In this document: positions 39,874 to 48,713 of the stretch, in pieces
How the letters are laid out: each line of letters opens with the position of its first letter
Position numbering within the stretch: position 1 is the first letter of the stretch
From: Gammaproteobacteria bacterium
GTDB taxonomy: Bacteria > Pseudomonadota > Gammaproteobacteria > Natronospirales > REEB76
DNA: 64,000 nt
Direction of reading: 5' to 3'
NCBI GenBank assembly: GCA_036500225.1
Contig: DASYCJ010000021.1
Location: 7,635-71,634 of the forward strand
Position numbers and translations under genes: made by a program
The notes under the pieces: model-generated
What the model was told of the DNA's origin: nothing
The model's database searches: none
What the model saw: only the letters and a program-made list of their open reading frames with translations

Positions 39874-40685
39874 TGAAACTCAAAGAAGTCTTGTACGGCC
39901 TCAGCCTCAAGCCGGCAGCCCGCGAGTATGGCTATACCGTGGTGAATTACGACCTGGCCCGCGAAGGCCGGGTGCAGTACGCCGGTTGGGATCACCCCAA
40001 GGAGATGCCCAAGCTCTTCGATCAGGGCTACGTGGACGTGTTGCGTGAGTTCCTGAAGCCCGGCGACTTCGCTCTGGACGTCGGCGCCCATTCCGGGGAT
40101 ACGGCCTTGCCCATCGCCCTGGCAGTAGGAGCTTCCGGCGGCGTATTCGCCCTGGAACCCAATCCGCATGTGTTCAAGGTGCTGGCCGCCAACGCCGACC
40201 TGAACCGCGACAAGACCCGCATCTATCCCCTGATGTTCGCCGCCACGGAAGAGGATGGCGAATACGAGTTCGAGTATTCCGACCCGGGCTTCAGCAACGG
40301 CGGATTCCATCAGGGCATCAGTTCCTGGCGCCACGGCCACTTCTTCAAGCTCAAGGTGCAGGGCCGCAACCTGATCCGTTTCCTGGAGCGGGAGTATCCG
40401 CGGGAGATGGCCAAGATCCGTTACGTCAAGATCGACGCGGAGAGCCACGATCATGCCATCGTGCAGTCTCTGCGCAAGCTGATCACGACCAATCGGCCTT
40501 ACATCCGCACCGAGATCTACAAGCACCTCACCCTGGATGCGCGACGCGCCTATTTCCAGGAGCTGAGCGGATTCGGCTTCAGGCTGTACAAGTTCGAGGA
40601 TGAGAAGCACTACCGCGGGCCGGAGCTTACGGAGACCATGCTGATGGACTGGGAGCACTTCGACATCTTCGCCGTGCCTGTCTGA
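39873..40685 (+). CDS. FkbM-family methyltransferase
   Basis: DVGAHSGDTALPIA and VFALEPNPHVF match the FkbM pattern. The ATG shares one nt with the recR stop (TGATG). Confidence 0.75.
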   Translation: MKLKEVLYGLSLKPAAREYGYTVVNYDLAREGRVQYAGWDHPKEMPKLFDQGYVDVLREFLKPGDFALDVGAHSGDTALPIALAVGASGGVFALEPNPHVFKVLAANADLNRDKTRIYPLMFAATEEDGEYEFEYSDPGFSNGGFHQGISSWRHGHFFKLKVQGRNLIRFLEREYPREMAKIRYVKIDAESHDHAIVQSLRKLITTNRPYIRTEIYKHLTLDARRAYFQELSGFGFRLYKFEDEKHYRGPELTETMLMDWEHFDIFAVPV

Positions 40686-40694
40686 GGAGGCGCC

Positions 40695-41039
40695 ATGAAG
40701 GACTGCCTGTTCTGCAAGATGGTGGCGGGGGAGATCAAACCGCAGATGGTGTATGAGGATGGCGATCTCATCGCCTTCCGGGATATCGCACCCCAGGCGC
40801 CCGTGCATGTGCTGATCGTGCCACGTAAGCATATCGCCAGCCTGGACGAAGCCAAGCCTGAAGACGCGGAACTACTGGGTAAGCTCTCCCTGGCAGCCCA
40901 GAAGATCGCGCGCCAGGAAGGTATAGCTGTTTCAGGCTATCGCACCGTGAACAATTGCAACGCGGATGCGGGCCAGACCGTCTTCCACCTCCATATACAC
41001 TTACTTGGCGGCAAGAAACTCACGACGCCCTTTGGTTAG
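40695..41039 (+). CDS. HIT-family nucleotide hydrolase (HinT-like)
   Basis: MKDCLFCKM and the histidine triad HLHIHLLGG. Confidence 0.9.
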   Translation: MKDCLFCKMVAGEIKPQMVYEDGDLIAFRDIAPQAPVHVLIVPRKHIASLDEAKPEDAELLGKLSLAAQKIARQEGIAVSGYRTVNNCNADAGQTVFHLHIHLLGGKKLTTPFG

Positions 41040-41941
41040 TCGAATTTCCTGTCTTTGGCCTGTTGCATGGTGGTCATAAGCCATTTGTAACTTGTATAAC
41101 GACTTCTGGGTAATTTCTCTTTCTCCACCGCTTCTTTCACCGCACAACCCGGCTCCTGCAAGTGCAGGCAGTTGGCGAAACGGCAATCCCGCGAGATGGC
41201 ATGGATGTCCCGGAACAACGGGCCGATGTCGGTAGGGTCCCGGACGACCAGTTCCAGGTCCCGCACTCCCGGCGAATCCACCAGCGCGCCACCGCCCGGT
41301 AACGGATGCAGGGTGGTGGAGGTGGTGGTGTGCCGGCCCTCGTCGGTGGCGGCGGAGAGTTCGTCGATACGGTGGTCCGCGCTCGGCACCAGGGCATTCA
41401 GCAGCGAGGATTTGCCGACGCCGGACTGGCCCACCAGCATGCTGTCGTGCCCCTTGAGGGCAGCGGCGAAGCTCTCCAATCCCGCTCCGCCCCGGGTGTC
41501 GGTCCGGTACACGGGATAGCCCAGGCTGCCGAGGTAGGCGAGACGCCGGCCCAGGCCGCCGTCATCGTCCTCGTCCACCAGGTCCATCTTGTTGAGCACG
41601 ATGCCCGCTGCGATCTTCATGCCGTCGATGGCAGCCAGGTATTTGTCCATGAGGAAGAGTTCGGGCCCCGGCACCGGTGCCAGCACCATGAACACCTGAT
41701 CCAGGTTGGCGGCTGCCGGTACGGCGCGGCCCCGCCCGTCAGCTTTGCTGAATAGGGAGCGACGCGGGGATACAGAGACGATGCGCGGGTCGTCGGTACC
41801 GTCTACCTTCACTTGATCGCCGCATACGGCTTGCACGTCGCGGGTGGCGGTGAGGCAGGTGAAGCGTGCGCCGTCGGCGGTCTCCACCACGAAGCGGCGG
41901 CCATTGCCGGCCACCACCCGTGCGTCACGGGTGCCGGTCAT
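41036..41941 (-). CDS. rsgA: ribosome small-subunit-dependent GTPase A
   Basis: Circularly permuted GTPase: NKMDL then GQSGVGKSSLLNAL. Zn knuckle CRFANCLHLQEPGCAV. Confidence 0.92.
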   Translation of the reverse strand: MTGTRDARVVAGNGRRFVVETADGARFTCLTATRDVQAVCGDQVKVDGTDDPRIVSVSPRRSLFSKADGRGRAVPAAANLDQVFMVLAPVPGPELFLMDKYLAAIDGMKIAAGIVLNKMDLVDEDDDGGLGRRLAYLGSLGYPVYRTDTRGGAGLESFAAALKGHDSMLVGQSGVGKSSLLNALVPSADHRIDELSAATDEGRHTTTSTTLHPLPGGGALVDSPGVRDLELVVRDPTDIGPLFRDIHAISRDCRFANCLHLQEPGCAVKEAVEKEKLPRSRYTSYKWLMTTMQQAKDRKFD

Positions 41942-43182
41942 TCCGGTGCGGCTTGCAGGCGCGCGATGCGGCTCAAGGCTGGCGGGTGCGAATCATAGAA
42001 CGCTGAATGCAGGGGATCCGGCGTCAGAGTGGAGGCGTTCTCTCTATATAGCTTCACCAGGGCCCGCGCCAGGGCTGCACCGTCGGATTGCGTGCGCGCG
42101 TACGCATCTGCTTCGAACTCGTGGCGACGTGACCAGGCGGAGCCCACGGGCTCTAGGAGCAGCAGGAATGGCGGCAGGAGCAGGGTGAACAGCAGGAGTG
42201 CCATGTAATCGGAAGGCGCCGCAGTGCCCATGCCGAGGTAGAACCAGTCCTGGGTCTTGAGCCAGCCCAGCAACGCCAAACCCGCGAGGCCCAGCACCGC
42301 CGTCAAGGCGAGGCGTTGGATCACATGCTTAAGTTTGAAATGGCCGAGCTCATGGGCCAGCACCGCTTCTATCTCAGCGGGAGTGAGGCTCGCCATCAGC
42401 GTGTCGAAAAACACGATACGCTTGTTGGAGCCGAAGCCGGTGAAGTAGGCGTTGCCGTGGGCCGAGCGCGTAGATCCGTCCATGACGAACACGCCCTGGC
42501 TGGTGAAGCCGCAACGGGTCAGCAGGCCTTCGATGCGTGTCTTCAGGTCCTGGTCCGTGAGGGGCGAGAACTTGTTGAACAGCGGCGCGATGAACTTCGG
42601 ATAAGCCCAGGTGAGGGTCAGACTGAAGCCGAACCACAGGGCCCACAGGTACAGCCACCAGAGTGGCCCCGCCTTGTGCATCAGCACCAGCGCTGCATAC
42701 AGGATCGGCAGGCCGAGCACTACCGCCAGCAGCAGCATCTTGCAGAGGTCCAAGGCCCAGGTGCGCCAGGTGGTGCGGTTGAAACCGAACTCCGCTTCGA
42801 TGCCGAAGGTGGAATACAGGCTCAGGGGCAGGCCAATGAGCCCGTTCAGCACCGCGAAGCTCGCTATCACCAGCACACCGGTGTTGATGATGCCCAAACC
42901 CGCTCCGCGCCAGGCGTCATCCAGGGCGGTGAGGCCTCCACCTAAGGTCCAGATCAGCACCACCGCGAAGTCCAGCACCAGATTCACGCGCCCGAGCTTA
43001 CCCTTGGCTACGGTGTAGTCCGCCGCCTTGCGATGGGCTGCGAGGTCGATGCCCGCGGCGAAGGGCGCCGGTACTGCGTCCCGATGCCGGCGCACATGCC
43101 GGCTCTGGCGCAGGCTCAGCCACAGACGCAAGAGCAGCGCTACACTCAGCGCCGCGACGAATACGAAGGAGAGGGGGTTCAT
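41938..43182 (-). CDS. integral-membrane M48 (Ste24-like) zinc metallopeptidase
   Basis: Multi-TM N-terminal half, zinc motif HELGHFKLKH and a distal EFEAD. ATGA overlap with the rsgA start. Confidence 0.85.
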   Translation of the reverse strand: MNPLSFVFVAALSVALLLRLWLSLRQSRHVRRHRDAVPAPFAAGIDLAAHRKAADYTVAKGKLGRVNLVLDFAVVLIWTLGGGLTALDDAWRGAGLGIINTGVLVIASFAVLNGLIGLPLSLYSTFGIEAEFGFNRTTWRTWALDLCKMLLLAVVLGLPILYAALVLMHKAGPLWWLYLWALWFGFSLTLTWAYPKFIAPLFNKFSPLTDQDLKTRIEGLLTRCGFTSQGVFVMDGSTRSAHGNAYFTGFGSNKRIVFFDTLMASLTPAEIEAVLAHELGHFKLKHVIQRLALTAVLGLAGLALLGWLKTQDWFYLGMGTAAPSDYMALLLFTLLLPPFLLLLEPVGSAWSRRHEFEADAYARTQSDGAALARALVKLYRENASTLTPDPLHSAFYDSHPPALSRIARLQAAPE

Positions 43183-43254
43183 GCGCGCTATCTTAAAGCA
43201 TGCGGGGGCGATGGGTTAGACTAGTCTCCCTCCCGCAGGACAAGACGAAACGCC

Positions 43255-43821
43255 ATGGCGCAAGACGCTGAGAACCTCATCTGGATCGACCTTGAGATGA
43301 CCGGGCTCGATCCCGCCACCGACCAGATCCTTGAGATCGCCACGCTGGTGACCGACAAGCAGCTCAACTTGCTGGCGGAAGGTCCGGTGCTGGCGGTGCA
43401 CCACGACGATTCAGTGCTGGTGGCCATGGGCGACTGGTGCACACGTCAACACGGCCATTCGGGTCTCACGGAGCGGGTGCGCCAGAGCAAGACCGGCATG
43501 GCGGAGGCCGAACGAGCCACCCTCGACTTCCTGAAACAGTATCTGCCGCCGGGTGCTTCGCCCATGTGCGGCAACAGCATCTGTCAGGACCGGCGTTTCC
43601 TGGCCCGACAGATGCAGGAGCTGGAACGTTTCTTCCATTATCGCAACCTGGATGTGAGCACCTTGAAAGAGCTGGCCAAGCGCTGGGCGCCGGCAGCAGC
43701 TTTAGGTTTCACCAAGGAATCCACTCATCTCGCCATGGCAGACATCCGTGACTCCGTGGCGGAACTCAAGCATTACCGCGAACAGCTGTTCCGCAGTGAG
43801 TTCGCGGCGCCCACCGGTTGA
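43255..43821 (+). CDS. orn: oligoribonuclease
   Basis: DEDDh exonuclease motifs [24 protein letters not shown] and HLAMADI. Confidence 0.95.
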   Translation: MAQDAENLIWIDLEMTGLDPATDQILEIATLVTDKQLNLLAEGPVLAVHHDDSVLVAMGDWCTRQHGHSGLTERVRQSKTGMAEAERATLDFLKQYLPPGASPMCGNSICQDRRFLARQMQELERFFHYRNLDVSTLKELAKRWAPAAALGFTKESTHLAMADIRDSVAELKHYREQLFRSEFAAPTG

Positions 43822-43829
43822 GGGCCGCC

Positions 43830-44786
43830 ATGCAGGACATCCTGAATTTCGATGATATCCGCGCTGCCGCACGGCGCATCGCCGGCAGCGTGCGGCAGAC
43901 GCCGGTGCTGCGCTGTCCGGAACTGGAAGCGGAGATCGGCGGCGAGATCCATTTCAAATGCGAGAACTTCCAGGAGATGGGTGCTTTCAAGCTGCGCGGT
44001 GCCAGCAACGCAGTCTTGAGCCTCTCGGAAGCGGCCCTGAAGAAAGGCGTCGCCACCCATTCCTCCGGAAACCACGGCACGGCTCTCGCGCTCGCAGCCC
44101 AGCGCCGCGGCGTGCCGGCCTGTGTGGTGATGCCGGAGAACGCCAGTGCCTACAAGAAGCGCGCGGTGGCGGCCTACGGCGCCAAGATCATCTACTGCGA
44201 ATCCACCCAAGCGGGCCGTGAGGCGGTTCTCGCCAAGTACGTGGCCGAGACCGGTGCTTCCGTAGTGCATCCTTACAACGATGCCACTGTGATGGCGGGG
44301 CAGGGCACCGCGGCCCTGGAGATGCACGAGCAGGTGCCGGACCTGGAGATAGTGCTAGCGCCCCTCGGCGGCGGCGGCCTGCTCTCGGGTGCCGCTGTCG
44401 CCACGCGCGCCCTTTGCCCCAAGGCCAAAGTCATCGGCGTCGAGCCACTGGGGGCGGACGATGCCTGGCGTTCTCTCAAGGCCGGACACATCGAAGCCGT
44501 GGCCCACCCCGATACCGTCGCCGACGGCTTGAGGGCCACCATCGGTCCTTTGACCTTCACCGTATTGCGAGACGAGATAGATGAAGTGGTGCGGGTGGAA
44601 GAGCAGGACATCCTGGATGCCATGCGTTTCATCTGGGAGCGCATGAAGATCATCGTGGAACCCTCAGCGGCAGTGTCGCTCGCGGCCCTGCGCCGTGGCC
44701 TGGTGTCGGTACGCGGGCGGCGGGCTGGTATCATCTTGAGCGGCGGTAACGTGGACCTCGACCAACTCAAATGGAGCGTGCGATGA
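43830..44786 (+). CDS. PLP-dependent serine/threonine dehydratase family enzyme
   Basis: PLP-Lys motif FKCENFQEMGAFKLRGA, then HSSGNHGTALALAA and GGGGLLSG. ATG 43830 has GAGGG upstream. An alternative TTG start is at 43818. Confidence 0.85.
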   Translation: MQDILNFDDIRAAARRIAGSVRQTPVLRCPELEAEIGGEIHFKCENFQEMGAFKLRGASNAVLSLSEAALKKGVATHSSGNHGTALALAAQRRGVPACVVMPENASAYKKRAVAAYGAKIIYCESTQAGREAVLAKYVAETGASVVHPYNDATVMAGQGTAALEMHEQVPDLEIVLAPLGGGGLLSGAAVATRALCPKAKVIGVEPLGADDAWRSLKAGHIEAVAHPDTVADGLRATIGPLTFTVLRDEIDEVVRVEEQDILDAMRFIWERMKIIVEPSAAVSLAALRRGLVSVRGRRAGIILSGGNVDLDQLKWSVR

Positions 44787-45373
44787 GACTGCGCATCATC
44801 ATGGGAACTCTGGCTTGTGTGTTGCTGAGTACCGCCGTGGCGGCGGACAAACCCGCCGACGTGCGTGACCTCATGAGCGCCACCCAGTTTCACCAGACCG
44901 GCCTCGATACCCTGAGCCCCCAGCAGCTGGTGGCCCTCAACGCCTGGCTCGCTTCCTATGCCCAGGCGGCGTCCTCGACCACCACCAGAGAGAACTTCCC
45001 GGTGATCGCCTCGGGAGTGTCCATCGCTCCCACGGTGGCTGCGTCGGCCCCTCTTGCACCAACTCCAGCTGCGCCGGCGCCCACGCCTGCTCCCGCCGCG
45101 GCTTCCACGGCCCGCTTCGGTCAGGAGATGTTGTCGCCGCAGACCCGTGCTGAACCCGCTCGCATCGAATCCACCATCCCCGGCCACTTCATCGGCTGGA
45201 GAGGCAGCACGGTGTTCAAGCTCGCCAACGGCCAGGTGTGGAAGCAGGCGGACAGCAGCAGCTTCGAGACCGACCTGCAGGACCCGCAGGTGGTCATCAA
45301 GCGTCTGGGTTTCGGTTATCTGCTCACGCTCACCGGTCACGGCGCCACCGTGTTCGTCAGACGGGTGCAGTGA
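44783..45373 (+). CDS. secreted hypothetical protein
   Basis: Signal peptide MRLRIIMGTLACVLLSTAVAA, a Pro/Ala linker and a C-terminal beta-rich module (GHFIGWRGSTVFKLANGQVWKQ). ATGA overlap with the upstream gene. Confidence 0.6.
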   Translation: MRLRIIMGTLACVLLSTAVAADKPADVRDLMSATQFHQTGLDTLSPQQLVALNAWLASYAQAASSTTTRENFPVIASGVSIAPTVAASAPLAPTPAAPAPTPAPAAASTARFGQEMLSPQTRAEPARIESTIPGHFIGWRGSTVFKLANGQVWKQADSSSFETDLQDPQVVIKRLGFGYLLTLTGHGATVFVRRVQ

Positions 45374-46416
45374 AACGTTACGGCTTCCTGCTGGCCCTGA
45401 CGCTACCTGTGATGGTGGTGGCAGGCTTCCTGCTGGGAGGCACCTGGAACTACCTCACCATCGCGTTCTCCTACGCGGCATTACCACTGTTGGACCTATG
45501 GTCCGGTCATGAACGATTCCAACCTGCTCGCGATGAGATCGCCGTGCTGGAAAGAGACCCCTGGTACCGGTCGATCCTCTACCTCGGCGCCGCCATGCAT
45601 TTCGCTTTGCTGGTGTTTGGTGCCTGGGTTGTGACGCACGCGGCCATGCCCTGGTGGGCGCTTGCGGGCTTCATCCTTTCCGTGGGCACTAGCAGCGGTA
45701 GCATCGGCATCGTCATCGCCCACGAACTGGGCCATCACCTGAGCAAGGGCGATCGCCTGTTATCCCGTGCGCTCCTGGTTTCAGTCTGCTACATGCATTT
45801 CTACGTGGAGCACAACCGCGGCCACCATTCTCATGTGGCCACGCCGGATGATCCGGCTTCGGCTCGCTATGGCGAGAACCTGTATGCCTTCCTGCCCCGC
45901 ACCCTGGTGGGAAGCTGGGTACATGCCTGGCATCTGGAAGAAGCGCGGTTCGCTAAGCAGGGCAGGAGTGCCTGGACCTGGGAGAATCCCATGTTCTGGT
46001 GCGTGGCCTGGCCAGTATTGTTGGCCGCTGCCCTGAGTCTCGCCTTCGGCGCTGCAGCGATCTGGTATTTCTTCCTGCAGGCAGCCATCGCCGTGATCCT
46101 GCTGGAAGCGGTGAACTATATCGAACACTACGGCCTGGAGCGGCGCCTGCTGGCGGACGGCAGCCGCGAGAAGATGAGCGTGGTGCACTCCTGGAATTCC
46201 AGCCAACGTCTCAGCGGCTACTTCCTGTTCAACCTCACGCGTCACTCCCATCATCACATCCAGGCCCAGCGCCACTACCAGGCCCTGGCCCATGAGGATG
46301 ACAGCCCGCAGATGCCTGCCGGTTATGCCGGCATGCTGGTGCTGGCTTTCCTGCCCCCGGTGTGGGAGCGTGTGATGCATCCAAGGCTCGCGGCCTATCG
46401 CGCGACCGCCCGCTGA
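45370..46416 (+). CDS. membrane di-iron hydroxylase of the AlkB (alkane 1-monooxygenase)/desaturase family
   Basis: His boxes HELGHH, EHNRGHH and HSHHH, plus NYIEHYGL. Multiple TM segments. GTG 45370 overlaps the upstream stop (GTGA). Confidence 0.8.
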   Translation: MKRYGFLLALTLPVMVVAGFLLGGTWNYLTIAFSYAALPLLDLWSGHERFQPARDEIAVLERDPWYRSILYLGAAMHFALLVFGAWVVTHAAMPWWALAGFILSVGTSSGSIGIVIAHELGHHLSKGDRLLSRALLVSVCYMHFYVEHNRGHHSHVATPDDPASARYGENLYAFLPRTLVGSWVHAWHLEEARFAKQGRSAWTWENPMFWCVAWPVLLAAALSLAFGAAAIWYFFLQAAIAVILLEAVNYIEHYGLERRLLADGSREKMSVVHSWNSSQRLSGYFLFNLTRHSHHHIQAQRHYQALAHEDDSPQMPAGYAGMLVLAFLPPVWERVMHPRLAAYRATAR

Positions 46417-46439
46417 ACTGTCCACGCCCGGAGTCCGCC

Positions 46440-46925
46440 ATGCGCATGTCCCGCCATTTCCTGGTATTGCTCTGCCTCATCAGTGGAGCCGCCCTGGCGG
46501 ATGATGGCGATGCGGTGTTGGGCAAGTGGCTGACTGCCGACGGGAAGGCACAGGTGGAAGTGGTGAAGCACGGCGATGTCTACGACGGGCAGATCGTCTG
46601 GCTCAAGGAACCCAGCTATCCTGCAGACGACACGCACGGTATGGCCGGCAAACCGAAGGTAGACAGGAAGAATCCGGACAAGGCTCTGCAGAGTCGCTCC
46701 ATCATCGGCCTGCCCCTGATCTCGGGTTTCAAGTACGCCGGCGACAGCGTGTGGAACGACGGTAAGATATACGACCCGGAGAACGGCAAGCTCTATAGCT
46801 GCAAGATGACCTTACAGATGGATGGCAGCCTCAAAGTACGCGGCTATTGGGGTATCTCGTTGTTCGGCGAGACTCAGATATGGACCCGTCCGCCGGCTGA
46901 TGCCGCGCCGACACCTCACTCCTAA
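46440..46925 (+). CDS. DUF2147-like periplasmic protein
   Basis: Signal peptide, then GKWLTADGKAQVEV, GKIYDPENGKLYSCKM and LKVRGYWGISLFGETQIWTR, as I recall the DUF2147 pattern. Confidence 0.8.
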   Translation: MRMSRHFLVLLCLISGAALADDGDAVLGKWLTADGKAQVEVVKHGDVYDGQIVWLKEPSYPADDTHGMAGKPKVDRKNPDKALQSRSIIGLPLISGFKYAGDSVWNDGKIYDPENGKLYSCKMTLQMDGSLKVRGYWGISLFGETQIWTRPPADAAPTPHS

Positions 46926-47179
46926 GGGTTAGCAGTACTCGCAGCCGGAGCCGTATCGTCCTCCAGGGACTGATCGAGTTTCTTGGCCTGTTGCTGTACC
47001 TGACTGTTCACCGCCTTGGCCTTGTTCAAGTCCTGCACCAGCGGGCTGAAGGCGTTGCTGCTGGATATCTTCACCGGACCGGTGCCGGGGGGTGGTGCTT
47101 GGGTGGCGACGCTGTCTTCCTGTTTGCCTGAGCAGGCGGCGAGGCTGACGAGCATGAGCAATAGCGGAATGGCCTTCAT
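46922..47179 (-). CDS. small lipoprotein (85 aa), unknown function
   Basis: Lipobox SLAACSG, then a Q/K-rich helical segment. Its stop overlaps the DUF2147 gene stop on the other strand. Confidence 0.55.
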   Translation of the reverse strand: MKAIPLLLMLVSLAACSGKQEDSVATQAPPPGTGPVKISSSNAFSPLVQDLNKAKAVNSQVQQQAKKLDQSLEDDTAPAASTANP

Positions 47180-47267
47180 GGTGTCCCCCGAGGTCTCGAT
47201 GCGGTTACCCTAGCACCATATTCTGTCATTCTGTGAACCCGGTCATGGGCAGGGCCTACGGCGGCCC

Positions 47268-47273
47268 TATAAT
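47268..47273 (+). promoter_or_regulatory. perfect TATAAT -10 box upstream of the 213-aa ORF
   Basis: TATAAT lies 28 nt upstream of ATG 47301 in otherwise GC-rich DNA. I see no convincing -35. Confidence 0.35.
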
Positions 47274-47300
47274 CTGCGGCGGGGAAACACGGGGCTGTCC

Positions 47301-47942
47301 ATGCACATCGAGAACCAGAAGTTCTTCCATATCCACAAGCACAACTCGCCCAAGTGGTTTGAGGGTGCGCGCATGGGCTTCGGCCTCGAGCCCAACAACG
47401 CTTGGCGGGCCTTCGAGGTGGCGCGTCGCGGTGTCACCAACCCCAAGAGCAACGAGGTCTATACGGTGGACATGGTGGCCCTGCGGGCCCTCGAGTTCTA
47501 CCGCAAACAGAAGGTCAAGGACCCGAAGCTCTCCTTCTACCACTTCGATCCGGTGGTGACCCTGGCGGAGACCCTGGATAGCCTGTTCCTGGCCACGCGC
47601 ATGGTGCGGGAGATGGTGTTCGAGGAAGTGCGCCGCCAGATGTATGTGACGCTGCCGTCCCGCACCAGCTGCATCTGGTTGATCCCGGAGGACCCGCGCG
47701 CAGTGCGTTTCTGGCTGGACAACATGCGCGGCGACTACAAGAAGGTCTACCGTCTGAACGCCACCGGTGAACTACACCGGGCCACCCAGCAGATCGTCAT
47801 GGGCGACACCATCTCCATGAGCGAGTGGCGCAAGCGCGCCACCGATTATTGGAATGGGGCGAACTCAGAATCTTATGATGACGAGTTGCTGCTGAGCGGC
47901 GACATCGAAGTGTTGGAAGAAGTCCCCGCCAGCGAGTTCTAA
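47301..47942 (+). CDS. hypothetical protein (213 aa), family not recognised
   Basis: Clean ORF with no competing long ORF and no signal peptide or TM. The segment REMVFEEVRRQMYVTLPSRTSCIWL looks like a conserved core, but I cannot name it. Confidence 0.65.
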   Translation: MHIENQKFFHIHKHNSPKWFEGARMGFGLEPNNAWRAFEVARRGVTNPKSNEVYTVDMVALRALEFYRKQKVKDPKLSFYHFDPVVTLAETLDSLFLATRMVREMVFEEVRRQMYVTLPSRTSCIWLIPEDPRAVRFWLDNMRGDYKKVYRLNATGELHRATQQIVMGDTISMSEWRKRATDYWNGANSESYDDELLLSGDIEVLEEVPASEF

Positions 47943-48062
47943 ATCGACCGGAAAGGCCGTCCTGGCCGTCCCTACCCGTCCGGCGAAGCATGGTTCCCGT
48001 TGGGTGCTTTCCCTAATCGAATGGGTTCCTGGACTCCGCGGCTCATCCGTGAGCCGCATCCT

Positions 48063-48713
48063 TTAGAAGACGAATTGGGTATTCTGTATCAGCACGTCGA
48101 AGGCCACGATGCAGCGCTCGCCTTCGCCGCGGAAGGGATAGACGTAGTGGATGTAGTAGGGCGGGAAGAGGATCAGATCGCCGGTCTTAGGGCTTATGCG
48201 CCGGGTCAGACTCACCCCGTGGTGATGAGCCACCGGGTGGGGGTTCAGGAACTCGATGCAGCCTTCCGGCTCAGGTTTCTCCGGCACCCCTGCATAGTAC
48301 ACACCGCTGATGAGGTTGCCGGTGCTGGGATGCATGTGGGGCGCCTGCCAGTCACCCTGGCAGAGGATGTTGGCCCAGGAGACGAGACGGGTCTTGAGGG
48401 CCTTGCCCTGTTCCGCGTACACCTTGTCCAGATAGGTCTGCACCGCCGGCTGTACGATCTGATCCCGCAGCGCCTGCACCTCAGGTTCCGGCCGGTTCAG
48501 GAACATCATCTTCTTGGAGGTCTGATATCCACCGTAAGTGGTGATGGTGCCGGACAGCGCCTCGTTCTCGTCCTTATCGCTCAGGTATTGCTTGCGCAGA
48601 TCATGGAGCAGGGCTGAGATGCCGGCGTTGATCTTCTCGGCACCGTTCTGGTGACTCAGCATCACCGTGACCGGGAAGTGCTCCTGGAAACGGGTATCGG
48701 CTGAAAGGCTCAC
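48063..48713 (-). CDS. 2OG-Fe(II) oxygenase-like protein (TIGR02466/PF13759-like)
   Basis: [20 protein letters not shown] and [17 protein letters not shown] fit the family pattern as I recall it. The likely GTG start at 48713 overlaps the ppsA stop (GTGA). An alternative ATG is at 48662. Confidence 0.7.
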   Translation of the reverse strand: MSLSADTRFQEHFPVTVMLSHQNGAEKINAGISALLHDLRKQYLSDKDENEALSGTITTYGGYQTSKKMMFLNRPEPEVQALRDQIVQPAVQTYLDKVYAEQGKALKTRLVSWANILCQGDWQAPHMHPSTGNLISGVYYAGVPEKPEPEGCIEFLNPHPVAHHHGVSLTRRISPKTGDLILFPPYYIHYVYPFRGEGERCIVAFDVLIQNTQFVF

